In this document: positions 28,665 to 43,479 of the stretch, piece after piece
Layout of the letters: the number at the start of each line of letters is the position of its first letter
How positions within the stretch are numbered: position 1 is the stretch's first letter
DNA from: Octopus vulgaris
Taxonomy: Eukaryota
NCBI GenBank assembly: GCA_951406725.2
Contig: OX597816.1
Span: 69,998,001-70,062,000 of the forward strand
DNA: 64,000 bases
Reading direction: 5' to 3'
Program-made: the position numbers and the translations under genes
The notes under the pieces: generated by a model
Seen by the model: the letters and a program-made list of their open reading frames with translations, nothing else
The model's database searches: none
Told to the model about the DNA's origin: nothing

Positions 28665-29584
28665 TCGGGTCGATTAGATCGATTAAAATTACCCAAGGGG
28701 TGCCCCAGCATAGCTTCAGTCAATGACAGAAATTAGTAAAAGATATAAAGATAATAGATATGTGATGAGATTCCACACGCTTTCTGTCAACTTAATTCAC
28801 TGAGGGGATATTTGTTGACACGGAGCTATATTGGAAATCAGCTGCCCAATGCGCCGCACAATGTGACTGAACCCAAATTACGGGGTGGCAAACTGAGCTT
28901 ATCAAATCTACACCTATTCACGTTTAAGTAACAACAAATTTACAAGCTACGGAGTGGGCAGTGTCGTTCCAACATCCGACAGAACATCTCAAGGGACACA
29001 TTCCGAAATATCTTAGAACTTTGTGCCAAAATAAACATTATTTTTGTTTGTTTTTGGATCGCTAAATAGATTATTAATCCAAGGATGTTGATAGTCTGCA
29101 TTCTTAATTCGTTGCGTGAGAAGCCTTGTGGTGCCAATTACGTCTCCTTGGGTCATGAAGGAAGCGCTAACAGCATGACCCGTAAGAACTTGTACCGACT
29201 CTTACCTCTTCTTTGCACAACTCGTTGGCGTGAATAGAACAAATTCGTATCTAAGGATAATTCATGGCTGTACATATGATAAAAAACAGGACAACCTATC
29301 CTGTAACGAACATGGAATTGAACGATCTGCGTACTTCTGTTTAAATACTTATGACATTCTCCAGTAAAAACTAATAAAACATGAGGTTAAAAAATGATGA
29401 ATTGTCTTACCGAGGTAGATGTTTGCAAAAGCCATTTTTGGCAGATTAAATTGTTCACAGTAAATATTATATAACAAGATCACCTGCTTTATGTCAAGCA
29501 CTATTTACTCTGCATTTATATTTAACATATATAGATCCAATATTGGATTTCTGGTTTGCACATACACATATACAAATATGTATG

Positions 29585-29625
<41 letters not shown>

Positions 29626-29628
<3 letters not shown>

Positions 29629-30083
29629 CTAGGACGAATTCTGCCGTTGATTAGCTCCAAGAGGCCATCGCCTCTAGCTAGCTATGTGACACACAAATCT
29701 ATGTCCATTATAACCTTCGAATAGGAGACGTCAGCAGCTTCCCCTTGCTGGTTTGGCACCCACAGACTAGTTTCGTGGTAGTTGCCTCTTATCAATGTGG
29801 AGTAGCCGAACCCAGCAGGCGTCGCTGCTGACCGACTGTTCGAAGGATTATTTACCTAAATTCACTGGAATGCATCCACTGGTTTGCGAAAATAGAAATA
29901 TTATTTCTAATACTCTCTAAAGGAGACTATGGTAGCGGTACTGGATATTAATAGTTATCGCCAAGCTAATATGGCAGTCCAGAAAAAACGGCAGCATTCA
30001 TCCTATTTATCTGGACTGCCATGTTACCTTGGCGATAACTACTAATATCCAGTACCGCTGCTATAGTTTGTTTTAGAAAATAC
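29626..30083 (+). mobile_element. ~360-bp circularly permuted structured repeat with fold-back tail
   Basis: Starts mid-motif (AGGACGAATTCTGCCG), runs one unit, then inverts at ~29985; long hairpin 29711-29850. Confidence 0.7.
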
Positions 30084-30387
30084 TGCTGCCGCTACTGAGT
30101 TCTACCCAAACAAACTGTTGAGAAAAACATCTCATTGTAGAAAGTCATTGTTTACTACTACTACTACTACTACCAAAACTAATTTAAAATAATAGTGAAG
30201 GTGAATTCCTCTTCAAAAAATGTCATATATTCCCTAAAGAAATCGTACTAATAATTCATAAATTGCTGTATATGAATATACAACAATATGCAATTGGTGC
30301 GATCCAATTCTACATCTTCCTTATTCTCCTTACTATACATACATGCATACATACATACATACATACATACATACATACATACATACA

Positions 30388-30419
<32 letters not shown>

Positions 30420-30420
<1 letters not shown>

Positions 30421-30580
30421 TAGAAAAAAACATCTTTTATCAATTTAAAATGAACAATTGAATTACACCATCTAGAAAATTACATATAATAGAAATAATT
30501 TTAATATTTCTATTATATGTAAATTTTCTACATGTTGTAATTTAATTGGGCATTTTGAATTGATAAAATGTGTTTTTTTT
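30420..30580. repeat. Palindrome derived from the Penelope 3' repeat
   Basis: AAAATGAACAA..AATTACACCATCT shared with 44290 and 44585; mirrored around ~30500. Confidence 0.7.
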
Positions 30581-30581
30581 C

Positions 30582-30633
<52 letters not shown>

Positions 30634-30744
30634 TTTGTTAAATTTGATTTATTATTTCTAAATTGTTTTTTTCCCTGTAAGTTAGGAATAATATTCCTTC
30701 AAATAATAATTATATATATATATATATATGTATATATCAATAAT

Positions 30745-30905
30745 CGTGATGATCCTATATGTGATGAATGTGGAAAGATTTGTCTTAATAAGCCTGGGCC
30801 AAAGAGCCATATGACATCACTCATTGCACAACCGCACATTGATGGACAGATACATTCCAATGCATACTCTGTCATAAAGTATGCCGATCAAAAAGTGGCT
30901 TGAAA
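30745..30905 (+). mobile_element. C2H2-type zinc-finger remnant, probably the 3' end of an RTE-like LINE
   Basis: CDECGKICLNKPGPKSH followed in another frame by [17 protein letters not shown]. Confidence 0.5.
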
Positions 30906-30941
30906 ATATATATACACACACATATATATACACATACATTC

Positions 30942-31050
<109 letters not shown>

Positions 31051-31100
31051 ATTATAAATGTGTGTGTGTCTATATATATGTTAATCTATCTATCTATCTA

Positions 31101-31170
<70 letters not shown>

Positions 31171-31432
31171 TGTGTGTGTCTGTGTGTATGTATATGCATA
31201 CGTTTATGCATCTATAATTATGTAGATGTATATTCAAATACACACTGGTTAATCGCTTGTATTATAAAGTAAAGTTATCTGAAGGGAATGGATATTCTCC
31301 GAGGAGGTCAAACAACAACGGCCAGATAATCACGCTGGAATCAGTTAGAACGTATTATGTGTAATCAGATATGTTGTCGTTTTGTTTTTTGCTATTCTGC
31401 GAGTACTCTATAATTTACTTTTTATTGAACAC

Positions 31433-31612
31433 ACATCGGTGCACATTAGCAAAATATTTTTACCTTTACTGGTTTTTACAATCCAGTGCTCATGAGTTTT
31501 CTTATATCCGTCGGTCTGGCGGAGTATGTTTGACTAAGAAGACACTCAACGAAATGGAAACACCACGGTGCTTCAAAGTCCCAGAATCGCATGTGCTATG
31601 AAAACATATCGT
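31433..31612 (+). repeat. 180-bp interspersed element, copy 1
   Basis: Almost identical to the reverse complement of 36382-36560. Confidence 0.85.
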
Positions 31613-32354
31613 AAATAGTTTGGAAGTGTTTTTCTTTGATTACAAAAAAAATAAAGGTCTGATATTAACGTTCGAATTTACAAGAACATATTAAGAATGA
31701 ATAAACGCGTCGTTATACACCTGCATACATCCAAAATGTGTCTTAACAAACTGGACTACATCCTTTGTTTTCAATGAGTGATTGGGTGACATGTTAATTT
31801 GAAAGTGTAAATCAGAAACGTTAACTATTAGTCATAAGTTCACAAAGATAGTGAGCTCAACCAGCAGAAAGTCGTTCTGTGCAGTAGTAAATATGGTCGG
31901 TCATTCCATTTGTCTGTCAATATGAGCAGACGTATGAAGTTTGAGAGAGGAAAAGACAAACTACCAGACTGAATCGTGGGCCATTAACTGTTATGTGTAA
32001 GAAGAAATGTGCACAGACGTAGTGGTTGGAAAATGATTAAGCATTCAGAAGTTTAAAATTAAATTGTTGGACATATAATTTCCATTGTCTGGCGTTTGTG
32101 AATACATACACACTCACACATACATATACACTTATATGTGTTTATATATATGCACACATATGCATACATATATACATACCTACATACATATATACAGGCT
32201 CATAGATACACGAGCTACATAACAAGCTTAGAAGACATTACGTCATATGATGCTGAAAACGATTGATATTAAGTTATATATGTAACTCCTGCCGAATGCG
32301 CTGAGTGGAAATTTCGTCTGCACACTCACTCATGTATGTATGTATGTATGTATG

Positions 32355-32385
<31 letters not shown>

Positions 32386-33303
32386 TGTATGTATGTATGT
32401 ATGCATGTATGCATGTATGTATGTATGTATGCATGTATGTATGTATGTATGTATGTATGTATGTATGTATGTATCGTAGCCAGAGAGAGATCGATAATAT
32501 GATAAGTCAAAGGTGACTGGGAAAGACAGATAAATGAGAGAATTTTGTAAGCGAGCAAAAATGAGACCAAATAGGCCCCTTTATTCATTTTTATTCATTT
32601 TCCTATATCTCTTTCTGCCAAAAGACACGCCAATTTATTTACCGGATATATTCTTCCTTATTCATGAATTTGTCTTTGTTTATTTGTGTCTCTTTCTTTT
32701 TACAAACAAGCCACTCTGTGTATTAATTTCTCTTTCATTCCTCCCCACTTCCTTTCTCACTCCCTGTTACACACACAACGCCTACCAAGACCATATTTCA
32801 TTCATTCATATATATAGATTCCTTTTCACAATATGTCTACTTATCTGGAACTTTTCGTTAGTTCAGTTTCATGATGTTTTCTCACATTTTTATTATTATA
32901 TGTATGTATATTGTTGACTCATGGTTTTATTTCAGCTCTCTAAACCTGCTTACGCAAAGTGCCACTCCTACCATTTTACTATTTCTTATCTCTTCTACCA
33001 TCTTGTTTTTTCTTCTTTGCCCAAACACGTTATATTGCTTTTTGTACGACACCCTAAAAAGCTATGCTTATGACCAATGATACTGCCATTCTATTCAGCC
33101 GCGCACATTACATTTGCCCAGTTATCGAATTTATACTCTCAACTGCATTTAACCGGTCTTTGAAAAGTGTTCTGCCGAGAATGAAGCCAGTTATTAAAGT
33201 ACAATTGAACTCTTTTGTTGTACATGCACATGCATACACACTCACACATAGGTATGTATAATATTAATATACACATACACTCACACACACATATATATAT
33301 ATG

Positions 33304-33374
<71 letters not shown>

Positions 33375-33420
33375 AGGTAGGTAGGCAGGTAGGTAGATAG
33401 ATAGATAGATAGATAGATAC

Positions 33421-33466
<46 letters not shown>

Positions 33467-33777
33467 TACTTCTTAAGCAGTACACTTCTTTCCATCCAAG
33501 CTAGATATTTAATTATTGAATATGTTCAAGGATGTAATACGCGCAATCGATGGTAAACACACGCGCACACAAGCACACACAAACACGCGTATATGTGAAC
33601 AGAAGAAACAGGAATAGAAAAAAATGAAATACATAATACTTGTTTGCGTCATTTCTATTAGTTTATTGTTATTATTATATTTCTAGTATTTTGGGGTCCT
33701 AATCTCCCAGTTCTTTGCTATAGTGAACATGAGCTGTTTTTATTTAATGTCATTGTACGTGGTATTATACGAGATAA

Positions 33778-34191
33778 GGCGGCGAGCTGGCAGAAACGTT
33801 AGCACGCCGGGCGAAATGCTCAACGGTATTTCGTCTGCCGCTACGTTCTAAGTTCAAATTCCGCCGAGGTCGACTTTGCCTTTATTCCTTTCGGGGTCGA
33901 TTAAATAAGTACCGATTACACACTGGGGTCGATATAATCGACTTAATCCGTTTGTCTGTCCTTGTTTGTTCTCTCTGTGCTTAGCCCCTTGTGGGTAGTA
34001 AAGAAATAGGTATTTCGTCTGCTGCTACGTTGTGAGTTCAAATTCCGCCGAGGTCGACTTTGCCTTTCATCCTTTCGGGGTCGATTAGATAAGTACCAGC
34101 TACACAGTGGGGTCGATGTAATCAACTTAATCCGTTTGTCTGTCCTTGTTTGTCCTCTCTGTGTTTAGCCCCTTGTGGGTAGTAAAGAAAT
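33778..34191 (+). mobile_element. Family A SINE head-to-tail dimer
   Basis: 17-bp TSD GGTATTATACGAGATAA at 33761-33777 and 34192-34208; second unit starts at the internal GGTATTTCG. Confidence 0.9.
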
Positions 34192-34399
34192 AGGTATTAT
34201 ACGAGATAACAAATGAAGGCAGAATTTTCGGCCAGTAGAGGAGAGATCCGCTTGTTCTGTCTGCTAATTATTTCCCTTATTGTTTTTTTTTTATTATTAA
34301 TTTATCGTCTGAGCCCATTTCTTACATTTATGATTATGGAACGCCTTCACCGAAATAGTTTCATACGCTGCATTTCATTTATTCAAACGCTATTCCAAT

Positions 34400-34455
<56 letters not shown>

Positions 34456-34604
34456 AACCCTCTCAATCTCAAATTCTTTCTCTCACTTTCTCCCCTGTAT
34501 ACAGTTTTCAACTAGCTTATATACTCTGCATTCTTGCGCTCCCGGCTTATCACCACATAACTCTATGCAATCTTTCAACTTCCAACAATCAGACGCATTC
34601 CATA

Positions 34605-34900
34605 TCGCTGTGATCACCGTGACCGACCAGGCTGTCAGATGTTGTTACACATCGCTGGTCACAATGCGCTTCGCATTGTTTTAGCCTTCAAATGACGCCA
34701 CCCCGCAGGCCAACAGAAGAAAGAATGAGAGAAAGTTGTGGCGAAAGAGTACGACAGGGATCGCCACCACCCCCTGCCGGAGCCTCGTAGAGCTTTAGGT
34801 GTTTTTCGCTCAGTAAACACTCACAATGCCCGGTCTGAGAATCGAAACCGCGATCCTACGACCGCGAATCCGCTGCCCTAACCACTGAGACATTGCGTCT
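34605..34900 (-). mobile_element. tRNA-derived SINE (family C)
   Basis: Reverse complement of 38459-38767. Confidence 0.85.
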
Positions 34901-35306
34901 CCACGCATTCCATATATTCTCTGTAACGTGTCGTGCAAGATTTTACCGCACTTTTCCTTACGCGTTATACTTGTACTATTGTACTGATATTTCACTTTCA
35001 TTTTTATTCTCATCATAATTGGAAAAAACGCTACATTGTATCAAAAATATGCTTATGTTTCCTTCAATTACATCCGACGTAGATCTGCGTCTTTCGTTTA
35101 TAACTTCCAAATTTCTGAGGAACTTCTATTTGTTTCATATGTAGTTGAGCATTGGATCGAAACAAAATATATTTTGTCGGACTCGTGTATTTTGATGCAT
35201 ACGTGTGTATATGCATGTATATCTTTTTAACTCGTCGTCTCTTTCCACACCCACACGCACATGCATACACATAAACGCACACAAATACGCACACATATAT
35301 ATACGT

Positions 35307-35348
<42 letters not shown>

Positions 35349-35538
35349 GTACACCCGCACTGATATACATGGTCATGAATAGACCATGACATACAAATGT
35401 TAACACAAGCTCTTTTATTAACCTGGACAACAAAAGAGAGATATGTGCGTGCTGCTGTATATTTTTGCTCTTTCTGCCTTTGTGCGTGTATGTATATATA
35501 TATATATATGCACGTGTGTAGGTATGTATGTGTACACT

Positions 35539-35570
<32 letters not shown>

Positions 35571-36381
35571 CACACACACGAATACAAACCTATATAGACA
35601 CATACATACATACATACATACATACATACATACATACATACATACATACATACATACATACATACATACATACATACATACATGATTGTGTGTGTGCTTG
35701 TGTAAGCTATTCACTCATCACAGTAGATCCATATATATTTATAAGGCAAAATGAAAATTCTAGTTTCATTAGATTAAGTATCATATTCCTTACTTGTACG
35801 TGCTGTGCGACTCTTTGATATGATCAATCAGGATTTCATCGATCTCAATGTAAGGATTATTGTGTCAATACCTTTTTGTAGACGTCCACGTCACTATTTG
35901 ACATCCGAGGATAAAGTACTATGTGGGTGGTACTATTGTGCGCATGTATATATGTTGATATGAGAATGAACATTGTGCAGATATACTGTAAAAACTTGTT
36001 GCTAGAGTAATATTATTGCTTACTCACGTATTGTTAGTATTTGCTATATTTTATATAGAATTATCGTTTCTGATAAGATTGAATCTGTCGAAATGAATGA
36101 AAAACACGTCGCTTGACTACTGAAGCACTGTGATAAGTTACAGCCATGAGAAAGACATCAGGGCTGAATAAATAACATTGTTAAAATTATATCACAAAAG
36201 CTAGTTCTCTTCTGGTTGCAAAATATCCGTGCCCTTATCAGTTGGTGATGCTTTTGAAAGTGCTAATGCTGCAAATTTTTCAGTGCGTGCTGATTCCATA
36301 CAAACAAACTTGACTGCATTCATTTACTCAAAATAAACTAATAATATTAGGTCTTGTCACCAACAGATCATCTAACCTTTG

Positions 36382-36560
36382 ACGATATGTTTTCATAACA
36401 CATGCGATTCTGGGACTTTGAAGCACCGTGGTGTTTCCATTTCGTTGAGTGTCTTCTTAGTCAAACATACTCCGCCAGACCGACGGATATAAGAAAACTC
36501 ATGAGCACTGGATTGTAAAAACCAGTAAAGGTAAAAATATTTTGCTAATGTGCACCGATG
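36382..36560 (-). repeat. 180-bp interspersed element, copy 2
   Basis: See 31433-31612; both copies give the same ORF text. Confidence 0.85.
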
Positions 36561-37467
36561 CACAACTGCCAAGAGTAGCAGCCAAACTCTCCCTAAATCA
36601 AACCATACTCTCTTAAAATGGAGAACAATGTACAATGTAGACTGAGATATACTCTGAACGAAATCACGACGAGGCAATCATACTGTTGGTCGTTAAATCT
36701 TTTCTGTCAAGTCTCCCCTGGACTAAACCAACTGAGTGACAAAGACTCAGCTGAGTGAGGAAGATTCAGCCGAGTGACGCAGATTTACTCAGCAGTACAC
36801 TTCATTTAGTCACTCTTAACAAACTTGTTTTCCTTCTCTTTAACTGTCGTATCACCATTATGACATTTCTTGCCCTCTGGCCTAGAAAACTATCGATTCC
36901 TCTGATGTTCTCTTGATACTTTCTCATCAGAACCTGTCTCTTTCTACACTATATCTCTGTTTCCTAACGCTTCTTATCCAGAACTGTAATACTCTAATTC
37001 TGACCCCTATTCATGTCTTTTCTCTTGATACTAACATACATATTACAAAGTGAATTCACTTGATTCCTTTGGGTGGTGTTGCAAAGATCCACGGTATCTC
37101 TCTTTTTGCCTGAAACTGGTAGCTTCGTCAGAAATCTCAATGGAAACCAGGGATCACACAGCATGTGTTACATGATAAAACTTATTGAAAACTTAGACAA
37201 TGAACAAGGTCGGTAAACAACTTCATGTCTAAATATCAGTATTTACATACAATTTGAAATCCAGATTTGTTATCTCTGAATAAACGCTGTTATTAAGAGA
37301 TGTTCTATGATTGTATGATACTATGTATCTCGCTATCATAAGAATAATATACGCGGAGGCTGTTACTGTGTTTGGCATAGAAGAATTGCAAATATAGCTT
37401 TAATTCATGTTATGTATGTATTTATGTATGTAATTGCGTGTATGTGCATATATATATATATATATTT

Positions 37468-37812
37468 AGGCGCAGGAATGGATGTGTGGTAAGTAGCGTG
37501 CTTACCAACCGGGTTCAGTTCCGCTGCGTGGCACCTTGTGTAAGTGTCTTCTACGATAGCCCCGGGCCAACCAAAGCCTTGCGAGTGGATTTGGTAGACG
37601 GAAACTGAAAGAAACCCGTTGTATATATGTACGTGTGTGTATGTGTGTGTGTGTGTGTGTGTATATGTTTGTGTGTCTGTGTTTGTCCCACCAACATTGC
37701 TTGACAACCGATACTGGTGTGCTTACATCCCCGTAACTTAGCAGTTCGGCTAAACAGACCGATAGAATAAGTACTAGGCTTACAAAAATATGTCCTGGGG
37801 TCGATTTGCTCG
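37468..37812 (+). mobile_element. CORE-type tRNA SINE (family B) with internal microsatellite
   Basis: GGCGCAGGA.TGG.TGTGTGGTAAG head, GCACCTTG.GCAAGTGTCTT CORE-like motif, shared 3' half; further decayed copies at ~27.5k, 28.8k, 42.4k, 47.1k, 54.9k. Confidence 0.8.
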
Positions 37813-37814
37813 AC

Positions 37815-38270
37815 ATATATTTGTCCTCATCTTGTTTGTTGCTAACAAAACGTTTCGGCTGATATACCCTCCAGCCTTCATCAGGTATCTTGGGGAAATT
37901 TCGAACCTGACTTCTCATTCCCAAGGTATTTTTCGATGTTATTATTAATAATTAAGGTCATTGCCTGGAACCAAACTCGGAATCGTTGGATTAGAAGCCC
38001 GCACTATTAACCACTACGCCATATGCCCGTGAGCAATTATGGAGTGAATTTTAGGACTTATAAGTCTAATATTTCCTTCCTTAATACTGGTTCCCATATG
38101 TTACTCATATCAGCACTTGGTTGTGTCCTGGCATATACGCTGCTTCTTTTAGTTTTGCATTTTCCAGTGGTGTTCTCTGTTATCTTAACTTTATCTCACA
38201 GCCGAAACGTTGTGTTATCAACAAACAAGATGAGGACAAACATCCGTCAAATGTAAATAATGTAAATAAT
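37815..38270 (-). mobile_element. Penelope/Poseidon-like 3' end with an inverted partial terminal repeat
   Basis: Frameshifted endonuclease C-terminus ([35 protein letters not shown]) at 38190-38055; tRNA-like segment 37955-38025; 38198-38270 is the element tail in opposite orientation. Confidence 0.7.
37844..37889 (-). ncRNA. Minimal type I hammerhead ribozyme motif
   Basis: CUGAUGA-A-GGCUG[10 nt]CAGCC-GAAAC-GUU; family consensus stem I GACAC/GUGUU; palindromic AACGUU stem III. Confidence 0.7.
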
Positions 38271-38335
38271 TTATGTATGCATATATTATATATATTGTAT
38301 GTATATAATTTTGTGTGTGTCTGTGTATATATGTA

Positions 38336-38430
<95 letters not shown>

Positions 38431-38458
38431 GTATGTATGTGTGTATGTATGTATGTGA

Positions 38459-38767
38459 AGGCGCAATGGCCCAGTGGTTAGGGTAGCGGACTCGCGGTTG
38501 TAGGATTACAGTTTCGATTCCCAGACCGGGCGTTGTGAGTGTTTATTGAGCGAAAACACCTAAAGCTCCACGATCTCCGGCAGGGGGCGGTGGCGAACCC
38601 TGCCGTATTCTTTCACCACAACTGTCTCTCACTCTTTCTTCTGTTGGTCTGGTCGCTTAGCCAGCGGGGTGGCGTTATTTGAAGGCTAAAACAATGCGAA
38701 GCGCATTGTGACCAGCGATGTGTAGCAACATCTGATAGCCTGGTCGGTCACAGTGATCACGGTGATG
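38459..38767 (+). mobile_element. tRNA-derived SINE (family C)
   Basis: TGGCCCAGTGGTTAG A box, TTCGATTCC B box. Confidence 0.85.
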
Positions 38768-39039
38768 TATGTATGTATGTATGTATGTATGTATGTATGT
38801 ATGTATGTATGTATGTATGTATGTATGTGTGTGTGTATGTATGTATCAGTTTATGTTTATATAGTTATGTGTACTTGTATGAATATTTTTATATTGTAGT
38901 TGTAACATATTTACAAGTAGTGTACAATATTATCAGAAATTAACTTTACGAATAAAGAAAAATCAATCATTTAGTTTGAGATTCAATTGATCTGTTCGGT
39001 TATTTTCATGAATATATACTTTCCTATCCATCGTAGTAG

Positions 39040-39825
<786 letters not shown>

Positions 39826-40945
39826 AGGGTATCCTTTACATGGTATGTTCGATGCTGGTAAACCCTTCAAACCTAGGAAACATTTTATGGAAAATGAGTC
39901 AAGTCACATTTTTGAATTATCAGCTTCGTCAGAAGAATGTTTTTGGATTGACACTGAAAGAGTAATGGTGTCATTGTGGTGTATTTGACACTTTCAAACG
40001 TAAATGTATGAGGAGGGTTTCAGAAATCATGTGTGTGTTTGTGTGTTCTCTACATGCACTAAATGACTTTGACGCATGTAAAAAAAAAAATCAGTTGGCA
40101 TGTATGAAAGATCTTTTAAGAGACTTTATATGAATCAAAATTATACTTTCAAATATGTTAGAAATAGGAACGTTGCAGCTTTGTTTCGGAAAATATTATA
40201 ATTGAAAGAGAGTCGCTCAACCTTTCAAATATTATCGTCAATTTTAGAATTTAGAATTCATAATAAAAATATTAATAGCATTCTTCTGTGTAACTTGTAT
40301 AACGCGCAAAACCTCATGCTTCAAAATCGCTGCTGGTCTTTCCCTTGAAAAAGCAAATAAAAATATACTCCTCCAGTTTTATATTCCTTTCATATACATA
40401 TATATCCAATTAAACATATGCACATAAGCATGCGCGCGCATGTGCGTGTTTGTGTGTGCCTGCGTTAGCGGGGAGCAGATTTGAAAAGTTTTACCTGTCA
40501 TCACGACTGCTTATTTGTATTGATTTTTTGTTTCTATAGTTTTCGAAGTTGAAATAATCTCACATTGATTACGATCATTTCTGCAGCAATGAATTATAAT
40601 ATGGAATGTTTTGTAGTATGTTTGAGAGAATTATGCTATGATCATAGATGCTATAATCATACGTGCTTTTCGAAATATTTTTATTAATTACCTTTATTAA
40701 TTTCTATGATCATACAAACTATACATTTATTTTTTTCTTATTTTTGAAAGTTAGGTTATAGAAGTTATTTTTTTCTGTGTTATGTTCTATTTTCAGTTAC
40801 GCATTTCTGTATGCTGTCTTTTATTTACTCTAAAATTATACACATTCGGCGTACCTATATATCTGTGTGTACACACACACACACACATACACACATATAT
40901 ATATACATATATATATATATTCGTGTGTGGGTTCATGTATATGTG

Positions 40946-41005
<60 letters not shown>

Positions 41006-42265
41006 CAGGGGTTGGACAAAATAATAGAAACACCTTACAATTTCAAACAATTTTTTTTTAATACCGGGTAGGACCGCCTCTGGCAGTAACTGCGGCGTGA
41101 ATTCAATGAGGTATGGACTTGTACAAAGTTTCAATTGTTTCCAAAGGTTTTCTTTTGTCCATTTTTCAGCTAAAACAGTCTCCAGTTCTTGTAGCGATGA
41201 TGGTGGAGGATATCGACATTTTTTCTAAAATGCACCATAAATGTTCATTAATATTGAGACCTGGAGACGGTGGTGGCCAGATAAGATGTTCAAATTCCCT
41301 AGAAATTTCCTCGTGCCATTCAGTATCTAGCTTAGCTGTGTGAATTGGTGTATAATCTTCCTGAAAGATTGCGTTTTCCTCCGGAAACCGTTCCGCAATT
41401 ATAGGATGAATTTGATCAGATAAAATTCTTAAATAGTCTTGACTATTCTGTCATAAAGGGAAACTATTGGGCTGGTGGATTTCCAAGATATATCCCCCCA
41501 GATCATAACAGATCCTCCTCCATGTTTAACAGTTGGAAGAAGGCAGTCTGAACCAAATGCTTTTTTTGGCTGTCTCCACACGTATACTCGGCCGGTGGTC
41601 GGAAATAAGGTAAAGGGTGACTCGTACGAGAAAATAACATTCTTCCACTGCTCTAGAGACCAATTCTGTAGGTTTTTACTCCACTCAAAACGCTTTGCAA
41701 CGTTTGTTTTTCAATGTAATGGTTTTCTGATTGCAACCCTCCCCCCTCCCATGAAATCTGGCTTTGTGCAGCTCTCGGAAAACAGTTTTTGTGGAAACTG
41801 AGTTCTTGAGGTAATCATTAAGATCTGCAGTAATTTTGGGTGCTGTACTTTTGTGATCCTTTCTAACAATTCGCGTAAGAGTCCGACGATCCCTATCTGA
41901 AAGTTTTGGATTTCTTCCGGAGTTTTGTTTCGACGAGGAGGCTTTTTCTTCTTTCTCAACGGCTGTCATTACTTTCGAGAGAGTACTTCTTCACACACCA
42001 AACATTTTCGTTACGCTAGCGCCTGCCATACGAGCACCAACAATTTGATCTCTTTGAAAGTCCGATAGATCTGTTATTTCAATGAATTTTAATTACCTTT
42101 TTCTGATGTCTGAAAAGAAAAAACGATTTTAGCATAGGATATTAAGGAACACTAATAATAGCTAAAAAAAAGCATAAAAATAAACAAGCTTCTGGCGGTC
42201 TTAGAGATATTTCAAAATGATGATGCTATGATGCTAGGTGTTTCCCTTATGTTGCCAAAACCCTG
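41006..42265 (-). mobile_element. Tc1-like DNA transposon, decayed transposase
   Basis: TA-flanked TIRs CAGGGGTTGGACAAAATAATAGAAACACC / GGTGTTTCCCTTATGTTGCCAAAACCCTG; SGRNPKLSDRDRRTL, IFQED, WPPPSPGLNINEHLW. Confidence 0.92.
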
Positions 42266-42298
<33 letters not shown>

Positions 42299-43312
42299 AT
42301 CTTATCTTCTTCTTATCTTATCTAGTTTCAGCTCACGAGCTGTGGCCATGCTGGGGCACCGCCATTTCGTGTTGGTGCATAATCTTACTTCAACAATGCT
42401 ATTTAGGAATTGACATTTGCTGCATGAGAGAGTTTGATGCTGCTGCCCTCATCCGCACCTCTCTCTCTATATATATATATACACGCATGTATATGTACAT
42501 ATATACATGCATACTCATATATATGTGTGTGTGTGTAACTATTGCAGAAGAAATTTCTCCAAGGTGCAGCGCAGTGTGACTGGTTGAAATGCGAACTTCA
42601 TAACCACAGTGTTGTGTCCGCGCATGTATCTATAATAAAAAAAAGGTATTTCTAAAACTCTATAATTAATTCATATACTTAATGATTTGTTACACAGATG
42701 CAAATACAGAGATTTTAGAGTAAGTGCTTGTCGTTGCTTGGTACTCATTTTACCAACTATTGGTTAACGCCACTTAAACACATCTGTTCCGTGGGAACCA
42801 ACGTTACTGCCATTTTAACACTAAGAGGACGCCTCCTCTAACTGGTTGTTCGATGCGATCTCTTCCATATATATATTGCAAGCAGGGGAGTAAACCCCTC
42901 CCATCTTCCAGCCATGAGAACACCACACCGTACGGCTTCGATGTCTTTGTGTTCATCTTCGATGGTGGATACTATTTTGTAAGTTAGGTCAATCTTCATG
43001 GGATTTCAATAAATACAGAAGTACTTATTGGAAAAACCGAGGAGTATTAAACGACTGAATATTAATATTATTTGCAAAATAACTTGTTGTACCATTAAGT
43101 AGTTTAATTCTGTTCAACCCATTTAGTTTTACCTCACTTCGTTTCAGCCACAGGCTGTGGAGATTTTGAGGCACCATTCGTTTCAAAATTAAAGGTAATT
43201 CGTAAATTTCCACTTATGGAATTCTCATATACCTCTGAAGTGAGATCTGAACTATCTTTAAGATAATTTACAGTTCAATGACATTTCTATACTGTGAAAG
43301 AAATCACTTACA

Positions 43313-43387
<75 letters not shown>

Positions 43388-43479
43388 TAGAAGAAATGAG
43401 GTAATCAGAAGATCGGATGGTTTGTATTTACAGATATTTATTTATATATTACATTTTTTACATATATATCATATCACTT

